Shown piece by piece: positions 10,348 through 25,201 of a stretch of 64,000 nucleotides of DNA (within the stretch, counting starts at the first letter, position 1; each line of letters opens with the position of its first letter). The notes below the pieces were generated by a model. The model searched no databases and was not told the origin of the DNA. It was given only the letters and a program-made list of their open reading frames with translations. The DNA lies in the NCBI GenBank assembly GCA_016182915.1, contig JACPFP010000002.1, positions 230,244-294,243 on the forward strand, read 5' to 3'. Source of the DNA: Candidatus Dojkabacteria bacterium (GTDB lineage Bacteria; Patescibacteriota; Dojkabacteria; SC72). The position numbers and the translations under genes are program-made.

Positions 10348-10374
10348 ACAAAAACCCACTATTTCTAGTGGGTT
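10348..10374 (-). terminator. Intrinsic terminator of the rRNA operon
   Basis: AACCCACT-AGAAAT-AGTGGGTT followed by TTTGTT on the - strand. Confidence 0.8.
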
Positions 10375-10389
10375 AGTTTGAATTCTTAG

Positions 10390-10507
10390 TCCTGGCAATG
10401 ACCTATCTTCCCAGGACCTTTCGGTCCAAGTATTTTCGGCGCTGGAGCATTTTACTTCTGAGTTCGGGATGGGGTCAGGTAGTTCCACTCCGCTACAATT
10501 GCCAGGC
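10390..10507 (-). rRNA. rrf: 5S rRNA
   Basis: Terminal helix CCTGGCAAT/ATTGCCAGG; conserved CCCATCCCGAACTCAGAAGTAAAA. Confidence 0.93.
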
Positions 10508-10626
10508 ACAAATAATCCTCAGAATTACTTATGCCTGACAACCTCTATTTCTAGAGACATCAGGACTTAAATTCATAAAGAGCTAGAGAATGCTTACGCA
10601 CTCAAAACTGAATAGAAAATGAATAT

Positions 10627-13764
<3,138 letters not shown>

Positions 13765-13833
13765 TTGAATTCATTTCTATTCAGTTTTTAATGTGCAAAC
13801 TAATTCTCAGTATTTCTATTTCTAGAAGTACTT

Positions 13834-13909
13834 TGGTGGAGCTGGGTGGACTCGAACCACCTACCTTTTCATTGCAAATGAAATGTTCTACCAGGTGAAC
13901 TACAGCCCC
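13834..13909 (-). tRNA. tRNA-Ala (TGC)
   Basis: GGGGCTG acceptor, TGC anticodon, GGTTCGAGT T-loop, CCA encoded. Confidence 0.95.
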
Positions 13910-13928
13910 AAAGCAAAATTAGTATTAA

Positions 13929-14005
13929 TGGTGGGCGTACCAAGAATCGAACTTGGGACCTCAGTCTTATCAGGACTGCGCTCTAACCGACTGAGCTATA
14001 CGCCC
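13929..14005 (-). tRNA. tRNA-Ile (GAT)
   Basis: GGGCGTA acceptor, CTGATAA loop, CCA encoded. Confidence 0.95.
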
Positions 14006-14109
14006 TTATACTCGGGCGCCAGGTCTGAGCACGATCGCCCATTCACCAAAAATTAAAGAGCGTTTTCTCATTGAAAACTAAAAAGTGGCAGGAAGTTTGG
14101 GTTCTCCTT

Positions 14110-15656
<1,547 letters not shown>

Positions 15657-15940
15657 ATTTTGCTACTAAAAGACACTGCTGCCTTTTAACTATCTTCGCA
15701 ACTTGATAGATTTTATGAATTGTTGGACTATTGCACTTTGCATATTATGCACAAAAAACAAGAAGTCCAAGTTTATTACTTACTTTGACTTCCTGCCACT
15801 CTTTAATTTTCAACGAGCAAGACAAGTTGAACTCGCTAACAAACCTTTTTACATATATTTACAAATCTTTTGCTGGAATTCATTAGAGATATCTCTAAGA
15901 GGAATCCGATCCACAAACTTTCCCGAACTTGTGTAAGGCG

Positions 15941-15969
15941 ATTATATAAGATGGGAACAGGAAATGCAA
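15941..15969 (-). promoter_or_regulatory. rRNA operon promoter
   Basis: TTGCAT, 17-nt spacer, TATAAT, then CGCCTT; boxA-like TGCTCGTTGAAAATT downstream. Confidence 0.75.
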
Positions 15970-16030
15970 GACCTTTTGGCATAAAAATATCGAGAATATG
16001 GGCATATATAAAAGTGAACCTAAAAACGGC

Positions 16031-17821
16031 CTATTGACGGCCTTTTACCATACTATAAAGTTCATCTACGGTTGTAACATCTTCAGGATTTTTATCCCGA
16101 TCGAACTCAATTAACCTCGGAAATCTTAGAGACAACCCTCTTGCAACTGCCTCTCCAGACCTATTTATACTAATTTCGTCTGCGTCGACTGTAATTACAA
16201 CCTTTGGGATGGTATACACGTCCGGCTTAAGGATATCCTCAACTACTACACCCTTCGGACACTCATTACTCTTAAATGTATCAAGCCTTTCCTTTATAGT
16301 TCCAAATTGCACATCAGTAATTCCAGTCCCAACCTTAGTTACAGACTCAAATCTTTCAAGCTCTGGATTATATACCCCCCCGAGTATCGCCCCAATCCCA
16401 AATTTAGATCTCTTCCCTGAACCGTAGTAATATCCTAAAACAACTAGATCTACAGTATCAATCATTGATGAATCTACACTCTTTTTGACCTTAATCCATT
16501 CAAAATTTCGAACTCCAGGTGAGTAGCTACCATCAAGATCTTTAATAATAATACCCTCAAGGCCCATATCCACGTACTTATTGAATATCGGCCTAACCTC
16601 TTCAGTCTTAGAGAGGAAATCACATGGGGAAAGCTGTAAGCCATCATTAAAACCTTTAGACAGGGTGATGAGGGCTTCAAACCTATCCCTTGTCGCAACC
16701 TCAAGCAACGATCTATCATTAAGATGCATAATATCGAAGATAAAGGCATTAACAGGAACGATCTCCTTCCTCTCCTCCACTCCATACTTCCTTCTTCTTG
16801 TCATTGTATCCTGATACGACAAAAACCTCTTTGCTTCTGCATTAAAACCAACTATTTCAGAGTCCAAAATGAACGAATCCTCCTTTATCTTACTTGCTGC
16901 CATTACAATCTCAGGGAACATATCCGTAATATCTTCAAGGTTCCTTGTAAAGAGCCTTATCTCAGACTGCGACTCTGTGTTAAACATATCCATATTACTT
17001 TCAACCCTCTTCCTTCCATACCATATCCTCTGAGCCACTCCTTTATGCTGATTCGAAATTTTATGAATCTGGCATCGAAGTCCATCATACTTTGGCTGAA
17101 CGAGGAAGGAACCTTTGAACCTTGTACTAAGTTCATCAAAGTTTTTAACCCGTTCAACTAATCTAGACATTATTGGAACCCCTGGTAATGGGCGTACACT
17201 TTTTATAGACGTTTGCGCATCTTTACCCTTAATCAAACTCCCTATGTACCCAACATCTGCAGAGGAACCATATGCTCTATCAAGCTCGCTTCTAAAGCCT
17301 TTTCCGCCCAAAATATAGGTAGAGAAGGCATCTAAAAGAGTCCTAGTACTACATCCCAGTCTTAAACTTCCAAGAATTATTCGTGTAAAGTACTTGGCTT
17401 CAACGGGTGAAAGCCTCTTTATAGTACTTAGAAAAAGAGCAGATTTAAGTTCTACAGAGCCCTTTCCTTGAGCATTAACAAATTCCCAGAGGATTGAATA
17501 TACCTCTTGTAGGGACAGCTTATCTGTTTTTTCTGTAACAAGTTTCTCAACAACAAGACCAAGATCACCTGAGACACTTCGCTGAGAAAGAACTTCTTCA
17601 CCGTAAACAGCTTTAAGACTGTTAAGAAGGCCTTTCTCAGAGAGGTTGAATTCTGCCGGTACAAACATAGGAGCAACTCTCCCCTGCACAAGATACGAGA
17701 ATATCTGTAGATCTATTGCATCTAAAAGCTTAATAGCTTCAACAAGAAGTGCGGACATCTCATTTCTTGAGGATGTAGTCTCTAAATTTTGAAATATTTT
17801 AGATACTTCTAAAAATGTCAT
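16031..17821 (-). CDS. ATP-dependent DNA ligase
   Basis: KYDG adenylation motif, LDSEIV, EGIIIK, WIKVK, SLRFPR; N-terminal DNA-binding domain. Confidence 0.93.
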   Translation of the reverse strand: MTFLEVSKIFQNLETTSSRNEMSALLVEAIKLLDAIDLQIFSYLVQGRVAPMFVPAEFNLSEKGLLNSLKAVYGEEVLSQRSVSGDLGLVVEKLVTEKTDKLSLQEVYSILWEFVNAQGKGSVELKSALFLSTIKRLSPVEAKYFTRIILGSLRLGCSTRTLLDAFSTYILGGKGFRSELDRAYGSSADVGYIGSLIKGKDAQTSIKSVRPLPGVPIMSRLVERVKNFDELSTRFKGSFLVQPKYDGLRCQIHKISNQHKGVAQRIWYGRKRVESNMDMFNTESQSEIRLFTRNLEDITDMFPEIVMAASKIKEDSFILDSEIVGFNAEAKRFLSYQDTMTRRRKYGVEERKEIVPVNAFIFDIMHLNDRSLLEVATRDRFEALITLSKGFNDGLQLSPCDFLSKTEEVRPIFNKYVDMGLEGIIIKDLDGSYSPGVRNFEWIKVKKSVDSSMIDTVDLVVLGYYYGSGKRSKFGIGAILGGVYNPELERFESVTKVGTGITDVQFGTIKERLDTFKSNECPKGVVVEDILKPDVYTIPKVVITVDADEISINRSGEAVARGLSLRFPRLIEFDRDKNPEDVTTVDELYSMVKGRQ

Positions 17822-18207
17822 TTCTTTGAATAGTATTTAGAAGATTTTGTACTACCTGACTTAGATATAAGTCCTAGAGAGATCATATGGTTTAAGTCGC
17901 GTCTTAAGGTACGATCTGTAGTGTTTCTAACAACTTTCAGCATATCAGTTGTTGTTATACCATCACCTTTAGTTATTAGGGAGAGAATCTTACTCTGGCG
18001 CCCGTTTAGATCTTTATTTCCCTTCACTACATCCTTTTTAACCGTTTTTCTCTTAACGAGCTTCGTAACAACCTTTGGCATATCCTCTTCGAGCTCAGGC
18101 TCTACCTCCCCCCTCTTCTTCCTGTTGGAAAGGTATAGGTATAGACCGACACCAAGTAGTCCAAGAACAAGTAATCCATTACCACCTGACTCCTTCTTCT
18201 TCTCCAT
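17818..18207 (-). CDS. Membrane-anchored protein with a C-terminal DeoR-like winged HTH
   Basis: N-terminal TM segment; LNGRQSKIL...TDRTLRRDLNHMISLGLISKSG. Confidence 0.7.
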   Translation of the reverse strand: MEKKKESGGNGLLVLGLLGVGLYLYLSNRKKRGEVEPELEEDMPKVVTKLVKRKTVKKDVVKGNKDLNGRQSKILSLITKGDGITTTDMLKVVRNTTDRTLRRDLNHMISLGLISKSGSTKSSKYYSKK

Positions 18208-18208
18208 C

Positions 18209-20896
18209 CTATTTCAACATACTAATATTATTACCTTCAGAGATATGTACGTCTAAAGGCACACTTAATTGTACAGCATTAACCATTATATCTCTAACTT
18301 CATCGGCAAACTTCTTTGATAAATCGGCACTAACTTCAAATATGAACTCATCGTGAACCTGCAAAAGTAGATAGGCCTTCTCTAAGTACTTCTCCTCTAT
18401 AAGTTTGTCGATTTTAATCATAGCAATCTTCATAATATCTGCCTCACCACCCTGAATTGGCATATTAACAGCCTCCCTTAAAGCTGCATTTCTGACATTG
18501 AAATTGCGAGATGTTAATCCCCCTATGAACCGAGTTCTTCCAAACATTGACTGAACATAACCATACATTGCCGCATTAGCAGAAGCCACGTCAATATATT
18601 TTTTCACACCACTATATGTCTCAAAGTATTCAACAATATATTTCTGAGCTATATCCCTATCTACATTCATCATACTGGAGAGGCCAAACTGAGTCTGACC
18701 GAAAAGGATAGCGAAATTAATAGTTTTCCCAAGACTTCTCTCCTGAGATGTAACATCCTTCTCCTCTTTTTTAAGTATCCTTGCCGCAGTGGATCTATGA
18801 ATATCTCTATCCTTTCTAAAGTCCTCCATTAGCACCTTGTCTTGGGATATATCTGCCATAACCCTGAATTCAATCTGGGAGTAGTCTGCGCCTACAAAGA
18901 TAAATCCTTTACGCGGGATAAAGGCCTTACGAATAGCCTCTCCCCACTCTCCTCTAACTGGAATATTTTGCATATTAGGATTGACAGAGGCAAAACGGCC
19001 GGAAGATGCCCCCATCTGCTTAAAATCGGTATGAATCTCATCAACCCCATTACTCTTAACCAACTCCAAATATGGCAATACATAAGTATTCAGCACCTTT
19101 GAGAGTTCCCTATACTTGAGAATCTTCTCTATCGCAGGATGCGCATCTTTCATCTGCAAAAGCACCTCTTCTTTTGTTGAGCGTGACCTACGTTTTCCTA
19201 AAGTATCGGGAATTCCCAATTCGTTATATATAACGCCCGAAAGCTGTTTAGGTGAGTTCAGGTTTACCTCATGCCCAATATCTTTATATATATCTTCTCT
19301 AACATCATTAATTAACTCCTTTATCTTCTCACTCAAATCCGACAATTCCTCTCTATCGACCGCAATACCTCTTTTTTCCATTTTAGAAAGGATTACAGAT
19401 ACAGGCATTTCGATATTTCTAATTACATCATATACATCATTCACCTTAACTTTTAATGATTTTGAGGCCTTTTCTAATGACCCAACAACATATTTAGACA
19501 GCTCAATCTCCCCAACTTTCTTCTTAATGGCAGGAACGAGATTAAGAAGTGCTTCACCAATCCTTCCATAATCCAAAGGCGAAGATTTAAATGAAAGGTA
19601 GTCAAAAAGGACGGTCTCTAATGAATAGTCTTTACTTCCAGAGGATGTATTGTATGAAAGAAGCTGTAAATCAACAAAATTCAGTTCATGAAGTTTTTCA
19701 ATAAGTTTTACTCCTAATTGTGAAACCCCTTCCTCCCACCCCCAGAAATAGGTTTCACAGGCACCTATCCTATCTACACTAGTTGCGAGGAAGTTATCCA
19801 CAAAAATCTTGTTCACAAAAAGTTCTCCAGAGTTATCCACAACCGAAACTAGGAGGTATTCCTTATCGATAGGCAACAGTACCAGTCGAATTGCCTTTTC
19901 TAGCAACTTTTCTAATGATTCGATCTCCCTCACTACCCTTCCCGCCTCTACTTCCTTTGTACTATTGAACATATCTAACTGAGGCTCGAAAGTTTCTAGT
20001 CCATTTATAGACTTTGGTATCTTAGCGATGAGAGACCTAAATTCAAACTTTCTGAAAACGTCCAGAAGCTCCTGCTCATTAAAATCAAGCAATAGGCAGT
20101 CTTCTAATTGAAGAGAAATATCGACATCCCTTTTGATTGTGGCAAGGTCCTTGCTGAAGTATGCCTGCTCTACACCCTCTGTTAGTTTCTTCTGATATCT
20201 AGGCTCAACCTCATTAATATTTTTATAGAGGTTATCTAAAGAACCATATTTCATAAGCAGGCCAAGAGCCGTTTTATCCCCCACTCCCTTCACTCCAGGG
20301 ATATTGTCTGAAGCATCCCCTACAATAGCTTTATAATCCGTCACCTGCTCGGGATAGTATCCGTAGCGTTCTACAACTTTCTCCCTATCATGCACAATAA
20401 TGTTGCCAAAGGAGCTCCCAGGAAGGCATACATATATATTCTTATCTACTAGCTGCAATAGATCCCTATCCCCGGTTATGATATACATATCCAAGTTAGC
20501 TGATGCCCACCTTCCACCATTCACCCAAGCACTCAGTGTCCCAAGAAGATCATCTGCTTCAAAACCGTCTCGTTCTATATATGGGATATTAAAAGCATTT
20601 AAGACCTCTTTAACAAGCGGAAATTGAGCATTCAAGGACTCATCCGTTGGCTTACGATGTGCTTTATAATCTGTGAACTGTGTGTGCCGAAAGGTCTTCG
20701 CACCTGTATCAAATGTACATACTACATATTTAGGATCAAACTGCTTAAGAGCCTGCAGAAGCATCGTTGTGAAGCCATATACCGCGTTGTCTTGAATTCC
20801 AGATGTAGTTGTAAGGGAGGAAGGGTATGCGTGGAACGCTCTATGAACTATAGCATTACCATCAATTGCGATTAGTAGGTCTTTTTTATCAGTCAT
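18209..20896 (-). CDS. polA: DNA polymerase I (5'-3' exonuclease, degenerate 3'-5' exonuclease, polymerase)
   Basis: IDGNAIVHRAFHA, EADD, ADYSQIE, KTINFAILFG, QVHDE. Confidence 0.97.
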   Translation of the reverse strand: MTDKKDLLIAIDGNAIVHRAFHAYPSSLTTTSGIQDNAVYGFTTMLLQALKQFDPKYVVCTFDTGAKTFRHTQFTDYKAHRKPTDESLNAQFPLVKEVLNAFNIPYIERDGFEADDLLGTLSAWVNGGRWASANLDMYIITGDRDLLQLVDKNIYVCLPGSSFGNIIVHDREKVVERYGYYPEQVTDYKAIVGDASDNIPGVKGVGDKTALGLLMKYGSLDNLYKNINEVEPRYQKKLTEGVEQAYFSKDLATIKRDVDISLQLEDCLLLDFNEQELLDVFRKFEFRSLIAKIPKSINGLETFEPQLDMFNSTKEVEAGRVVREIESLEKLLEKAIRLVLLPIDKEYLLVSVVDNSGELFVNKIFVDNFLATSVDRIGACETYFWGWEEGVSQLGVKLIEKLHELNFVDLQLLSYNTSSGSKDYSLETVLFDYLSFKSSPLDYGRIGEALLNLVPAIKKKVGEIELSKYVVGSLEKASKSLKVKVNDVYDVIRNIEMPVSVILSKMEKRGIAVDREELSDLSEKIKELINDVREDIYKDIGHEVNLNSPKQLSGVIYNELGIPDTLGKRRSRSTKEEVLLQMKDAHPAIEKILKYRELSKVLNTYVLPYLELVKSNGVDEIHTDFKQMGASSGRFASVNPNMQNIPVRGEWGEAIRKAFIPRKGFIFVGADYSQIEFRVMADISQDKVLMEDFRKDRDIHRSTAARILKKEEKDVTSQERSLGKTINFAILFGQTQFGLSSMMNVDRDIAQKYIVEYFETYSGVKKYIDVASANAAMYGYVQSMFGRTRFIGGLTSRNFNVRNAALREAVNMPIQGGEADIMKIAMIKIDKLIEEKYLEKAYLLLQVHDEFIFEVSADLSKKFADEVRDIMVNAVQLSVPLDVHISEGNNISMLK

Positions 20897-20941
20897 GCCC
20901 TATTATATCCTAAAGTGCAGACTAATTACCAAGAGAATCTT

Positions 20942-22819
20942 CTATTCAAAAATAGCATTAAACTCATCTTTTCCTACCTCTTCCTGTGCTAGCAGCATAG
21001 TTACAAGCTTCTCAACCTTATCTTTATTATCTTTAAGAATCTTACGGGCAGAAGCCATAGCGTTTTCCATAATCCCCTTTATTTCAGCATCTATCAATTC
21101 TGAGGTTTTTTCACTGTAGTCTCTACCCCCACCATATGAATAACCAAGATGAGTTGTTTCCTCTGCATCCCCATACTGTACAAACCCTAGTTTATCGCTC
21201 ATCCCCCACTGTCTAACCATCATTTTTGCAATTCTTGTCGCAGACTTTATATCCCCAGATGCCCCGGAGCTAATATCCCCAACAAACAACTCCTCAGCAA
21301 TACGACCTCCAACAGCAGTCTGAATACTTGCAAGAAGTTTACCTTTTGTTTCAAGGCTTCTATCATCTTCAGGAATAAATACAGTAACACCACCAGAACC
21401 GCCCCTAGAAACCATAGATACCAATTCTACAGGCGAAGAATCTTTTGTAAATTTGGCCACTACTGCGTGCCCCGCCTCATGGTATGCAACTACTTTCAAG
21501 TCCTCATCAACCCTCTTTCCTTTCTTCTGTCTACCAAACCCAACCTTCAAATATGACTGCATTAGATCGTCCTGAGATATTACCTTACGTCCTGAAACGG
21601 CAGCCATAATAGCGGCTTCATTTAGAACGTTCTCAAGGTCAGCCCCAGAATATCCGATTGTTTTCTTTGAGAGAGTTTCTAATTTAACATCATCACCAAA
21701 CTTTTTCCCCTTAGCATGAACTTTCAGTATAGCCAATCTCTCATTGTAGTCTGGAAGATATAGCGTTACAGTACGGTCAAATCTTCCAGGCCTTAGAATT
21801 GCAGGATCAAGTACATCAGGCCTGTTTGTAGCGGCAATAACTATAACATTCTCTCTCTCTTCTAAGCCATCCATCTCAACAAGAATCTGGTTAAGGGTCT
21901 GCTCACCAGCACCAGAGTGAAGAACGGTACCTCTCTTCTTTGCAACAGCATCTATCTCATCTATAAAAATGATGGAAGGCGAAGACCTTTTTGCCTTTAA
22001 GAAAAGGTCTCTAACTCTAGAAGCACCTGCTCCAACAAGCATCTCTTCAAATTCCGATCCAGAGGTATGAAAGAATGGTACCCCAGCTTCCCCAGCAACA
22101 GCCTTCGCAAGAAGTGTTTTACCAGTTCCAGGCGCTCCCGCAAGAAGAACTCCTCTAGGAATTCTAGCGCCTATTTCAGTATATTTCTTAGGATTCTTTA
22201 GGAAGTCTACAATCTCTATTAACTCCTCTTTAACCTCTTCAATCCCTGCAACACTATCAAATGTAATCCCGGTCTTCTTACCAAAAAGCATTCTCGCCTT
22301 ACTCTGACCAAAATCCATTAATCTACCACCTTGGGAGTTCATACCCTTGATAAGGTTGTACATAAGGACAAGACCAAGGGCGAGAAGTACTAGCCAAACA
22401 ATATCTGTAATTGAAATACCAACTGCTGGCTGGTAGAAATCATTCTTTAAAGATTTAATATCAACTCCTGCATCAGAAAGCGTTGAGTAGAAGTCAGTTC
22501 CTGGAGGAACGAGGGCAAACTTCCTGCTTAATGACCTTACCTCTTTGCCATCTACCTTCTCTGTTTTCTGTTGTTCAATTATTACAATATTATCTTTAAG
22601 GATTAATTTTTTATACTCCCCTTTAGAAATACTATTCACAACATTACTTAGAGAGACCTCTCTACCCTTAGTTTGAGCATTAAGAAGGAAACTCCAGGCA
22701 GAAAATAGGACAATGGTAAGGAGAATACTCCCTACTATCCCCCACATATTTACCTTAACAATCTTTGTTGGAAGTTTTCTTATATCAGCTCTTTTCTCCA
22801 CATTTTCATTTGCACCCAT
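20942..22819 (-). CDS. ftsH: ATP-dependent zinc metalloprotease FtsH
   Basis: Two TM segments, [20 protein letters not shown]. Confidence 0.97.
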   Translation of the reverse strand: MGANENVEKRADIRKLPTKIVKVNMWGIVGSILLTIVLFSAWSFLLNAQTKGREVSLSNVVNSISKGEYKKLILKDNIVIIEQQKTEKVDGKEVRSLSRKFALVPPGTDFYSTLSDAGVDIKSLKNDFYQPAVGISITDIVWLVLLALGLVLMYNLIKGMNSQGGRLMDFGQSKARMLFGKKTGITFDSVAGIEEVKEELIEIVDFLKNPKKYTEIGARIPRGVLLAGAPGTGKTLLAKAVAGEAGVPFFHTSGSEFEEMLVGAGASRVRDLFLKAKRSSPSIIFIDEIDAVAKKRGTVLHSGAGEQTLNQILVEMDGLEERENVIVIAATNRPDVLDPAILRPGRFDRTVTLYLPDYNERLAILKVHAKGKKFGDDVKLETLSKKTIGYSGADLENVLNEAAIMAAVSGRKVISQDDLMQSYLKVGFGRQKKGKRVDEDLKVVAYHEAGHAVVAKFTKDSSPVELVSMVSRGGSGGVTVFIPEDDRSLETKGKLLASIQTAVGGRIAEELFVGDISSGASGDIKSATRIAKMMVRQWGMSDKLGFVQYGDAEETTHLGYSYGGGRDYSEKTSELIDAEIKGIMENAMASARKILKDNKDKVEKLVTMLLAQEEVGKDEFNAIFE

Positions 22820-22859
22820 TTGAATATTTCTTAACCTAAATTTAATAGTTTCTTTAATA

Positions 22860-22933
22860 TGGTGACGACTGGAATCGAACCAGTGACCTTGGGTTTATGA
22901 ATCCCATGCTCTAACCGACTGAGCTACGTCACC
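22860..22933 (-). tRNA. tRNA-Met (CAT), elongator type; CCA not encoded
   Basis: GGTGACG/CGTCACC acceptor, TTCATAA loop, TTCGATT T-loop. Confidence 0.88.
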
Positions 22934-22992
22934 ACATATAACCTAAATACCACATAATTATACATTAGGAGAAGAGAGAATCAAAATAATCC

Positions 22993-23556
22993 TTAGTTTG
23001 AAACTCTTCCTGTGTACGTACCAGTATCAGTATTGATAATCACCACATCACCCTGTTTAACAAACATAGGTACATTTACTTTATACCCTGTCTCTAAAAC
23101 AACCTCTTTAAGAGCATTTGTTGCTGTATTTCCTTTAACCGCATCACTAGCTTCTATGACAGTTAACTCAACAGATCCTTTTCTTCTTATATCAATAACT
23201 TTTCCATCAACAAGAAGTACGAGAGTCTTCTCCCCTTCTTTTAAATACTGCTTGTAGTCAGATATCGCCGTAATTGGAACCTCAACCGTTTCAAAGGAGG
23301 TTGTATCCATGAAATAGGCATTTATATTATCCGCATATAGATATTGAACCTCTTTCGTCTCCGTTTCCACCTCTTCTACCCTAGTTCCAGATTTAACAGT
23401 GATCTCCTGGTTATTCCCAGACTCTACACCTTTGAGTTTCAAAATAATGAGACCACCCTGTCTTCCCTGGGTTTTAAGCTGCCTATCTAAAACAAAATAT
23501 ATTTTACCGTCAATTCTAAGATATGAGTTTTTTCTTGGCGAATCTGTTAGTGCCAT
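22993..23556 (-). CDS. efp: Elongation factor P
   Basis: QYLY, FMD, VKGNTAT, LETG, VPMFV, INTDTG; start set at ATG 23556 because the upstream ORF-track extension overlaps the tRNA. Confidence 0.93.
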   Translation of the reverse strand: MALTDSPRKNSYLRIDGKIYFVLDRQLKTQGRQGGLIILKLKGVESGNNQEITVKSGTRVEEVETETKEVQYLYADNINAYFMDTTSFETVEVPITAISDYKQYLKEGEKTLVLLVDGKVIDIRRKGSVELTVIEASDAVKGNTATNALKEVVLETGYKVNVPMFVKQGDVVIINTDTGTYTGRVSN

Positions 23557-23586
23557 AAAATAGTTAAACAAAAAGTTAATGAGATT

Positions 23587-23661
23587 TGGTTGCGGGGGTT
23601 GGACTCGAACCAACGGCCTTCAGGTTATGAGCCTGACGAGCTGCCTCTGCTCTACCCCGCG
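23587..23661 (-). tRNA. Initiator tRNA-fMet (CAT)
   Basis: CGCGGGG 5' end with C1:A72 mismatch, CTCATAA loop, CCA encoded. Confidence 0.93.
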
Positions 23662-23731
23662 TTAGCAAAGGCCATTATAGACGAAGGGAGGCAGAAAATC
23701 AATCTACATAACTTGATTATGGGAACTTAGA

Positions 23732-24184
23732 CTAGTTATATCCCGTTAGGAATTTAGCCCACTGAACATAGACTGGATCAGGAGTCTCACTCTCCTTTGT
23801 TGCCAGTATCCTATCTACTTCTTCGCTTCCAATACTAATAGACTCGTCAGGGATTACAAATACCGTTTCATCCTTCTTTGCTAGGTTTAACCTATCTCTA
23901 GACTCCGTTTCAATATAGTCTGCTGTCTCGACCTCTTCTCTGCTAAGGATTAGGGAGATATTCTTCAACCTTAATCCGTCAACCTCTACCTCTGCCTGTT
24001 TTAAAATAGCAATTTTCTTTACAGTTAGGTCTGCAGATTTAGCAATGTTATACATAAGAAAGAGAGAAAGAACTAGAAGTAAAGCATTACCTATTTTAAT
24101 AAAGAAAGACCTTCTCCCTTGCCCATCAATATCTTTAGGCTTATTCAACACTTTAAAAAGAATCTTTTTGCTATTATCATCCAT
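23732..24184 (-). CDS. Septum formation initiator (FtsB/DivIC-like)
   Basis: TM segment, coiled coil, YIETESRDRLNLAKKDETVFVIP. Confidence 0.75.
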   Translation of the reverse strand: MDDNSKKILFKVLNKPKDIDGQGRRSFFIKIGNALLLVLSLFLMYNIAKSADLTVKKIAILKQAEVEVDGLRLKNISLILSREEVETADYIETESRDRLNLAKKDETVFVIPDESISIGSEEVDRILATKESETPDPVYVQWAKFLTGYN

Positions 24185-24310
24185 ATATTTAGCTTATCAA
24201 ACTCAAAATATTTATCAACCCCTTGATAGACATTATTGACCCCTATATGAGCCAGTGTTATAATCCCTATAGTAGTGCCCCAAAGGATACGTAAATTTAG
24301 AGACACACGA

Positions 24311-25201
24311 ATGAATGCAGTCAAAAACAATGAATTCTCACAGCTTCACAAAGCCTTCACAGACGAATTAAGACAGAAGAGCAGATCTGAATCTACAGTC
24401 ATAGCATATGCTAAAGACATAGAACAACTTCTCAACTTCTTTACATCTAGAGGTTTAGATTCTATTAAGAAGTCTGGTATTGAGGACTTAGAGTCATATA
24501 AAGCGTATCTACAAGGCAATAACTACACTCCTAAGAGTATCTCAAGAAAGATAAACAGTACAAGAACATTCTTTAGATTCCTTCTAGAATCAAGCATTAT
24601 TCAGGAGAACCCTTCAGACAAACTCTCACACCCTAAGTTTGAAATAAAACCACCTAGAGTTCTAACAGAGATGGAATATAGAGCGCTTAGAGATGTAAGT
24701 AGGGTTGATATAAGACTATATTCAATCATTGAACTCCTTTTACAGACAGGAATTAGAATCGGTGAGTTAGCGGCTTTAACTCTAGAAGATGTAAGAACCT
24801 CAGCAGATAGCAAGATTCCATACCTATACATTAAAGCTGCAGGGAGCCACCCAGCAAGAAAAGTTCCTCTAAATAAGTCCGCAGCAGCAGCAATAGAAGA
24901 ATATAAGAGGATTAGACCAGAAAGTGAAGACGAGACCCTATTTATAACCAAAAATGGTAGACCTCTTCTTGTTAGAAACATTAGAACAACAATAGATAAG
25001 GCATTTGAGAAGTCAGGAATTAAGAATGCGAAGGTAAATGACCTAAGAAATACATTTATTGCTCATCATCTAGCTAACGGAGTATCACTTGTAACCGTTT
25101 CTAAGCTCGTTGGACACAAGAGACTCTCTACAACAGAGAAATACCTAAATCTTCTTAATAATAAGCAGGAAGACCAGGAAAAGGACCTCAAGGAGCTTTA
25201 G
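24311..25201 (+). CDS. Tyrosine recombinase (XerC/D-like)
   Basis: SAM-like N-domain, TGIRIGE, NDLRNTF, LVGH, TEKY. Confidence 0.88.
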   Translation: MNAVKNNEFSQLHKAFTDELRQKSRSESTVIAYAKDIEQLLNFFTSRGLDSIKKSGIEDLESYKAYLQGNNYTPKSISRKINSTRTFFRFLLESSIIQENPSDKLSHPKFEIKPPRVLTEMEYRALRDVSRVDIRLYSIIELLLQTGIRIGELAALTLEDVRTSADSKIPYLYIKAAGSHPARKVPLNKSAAAAIEEYKRIRPESEDETLFITKNGRPLLVRNIRTTIDKAFEKSGIKNAKVNDLRNTFIAHHLANGVSLVTVSKLVGHKRLSTTEKYLNLLNNKQEDQEKDLKEL

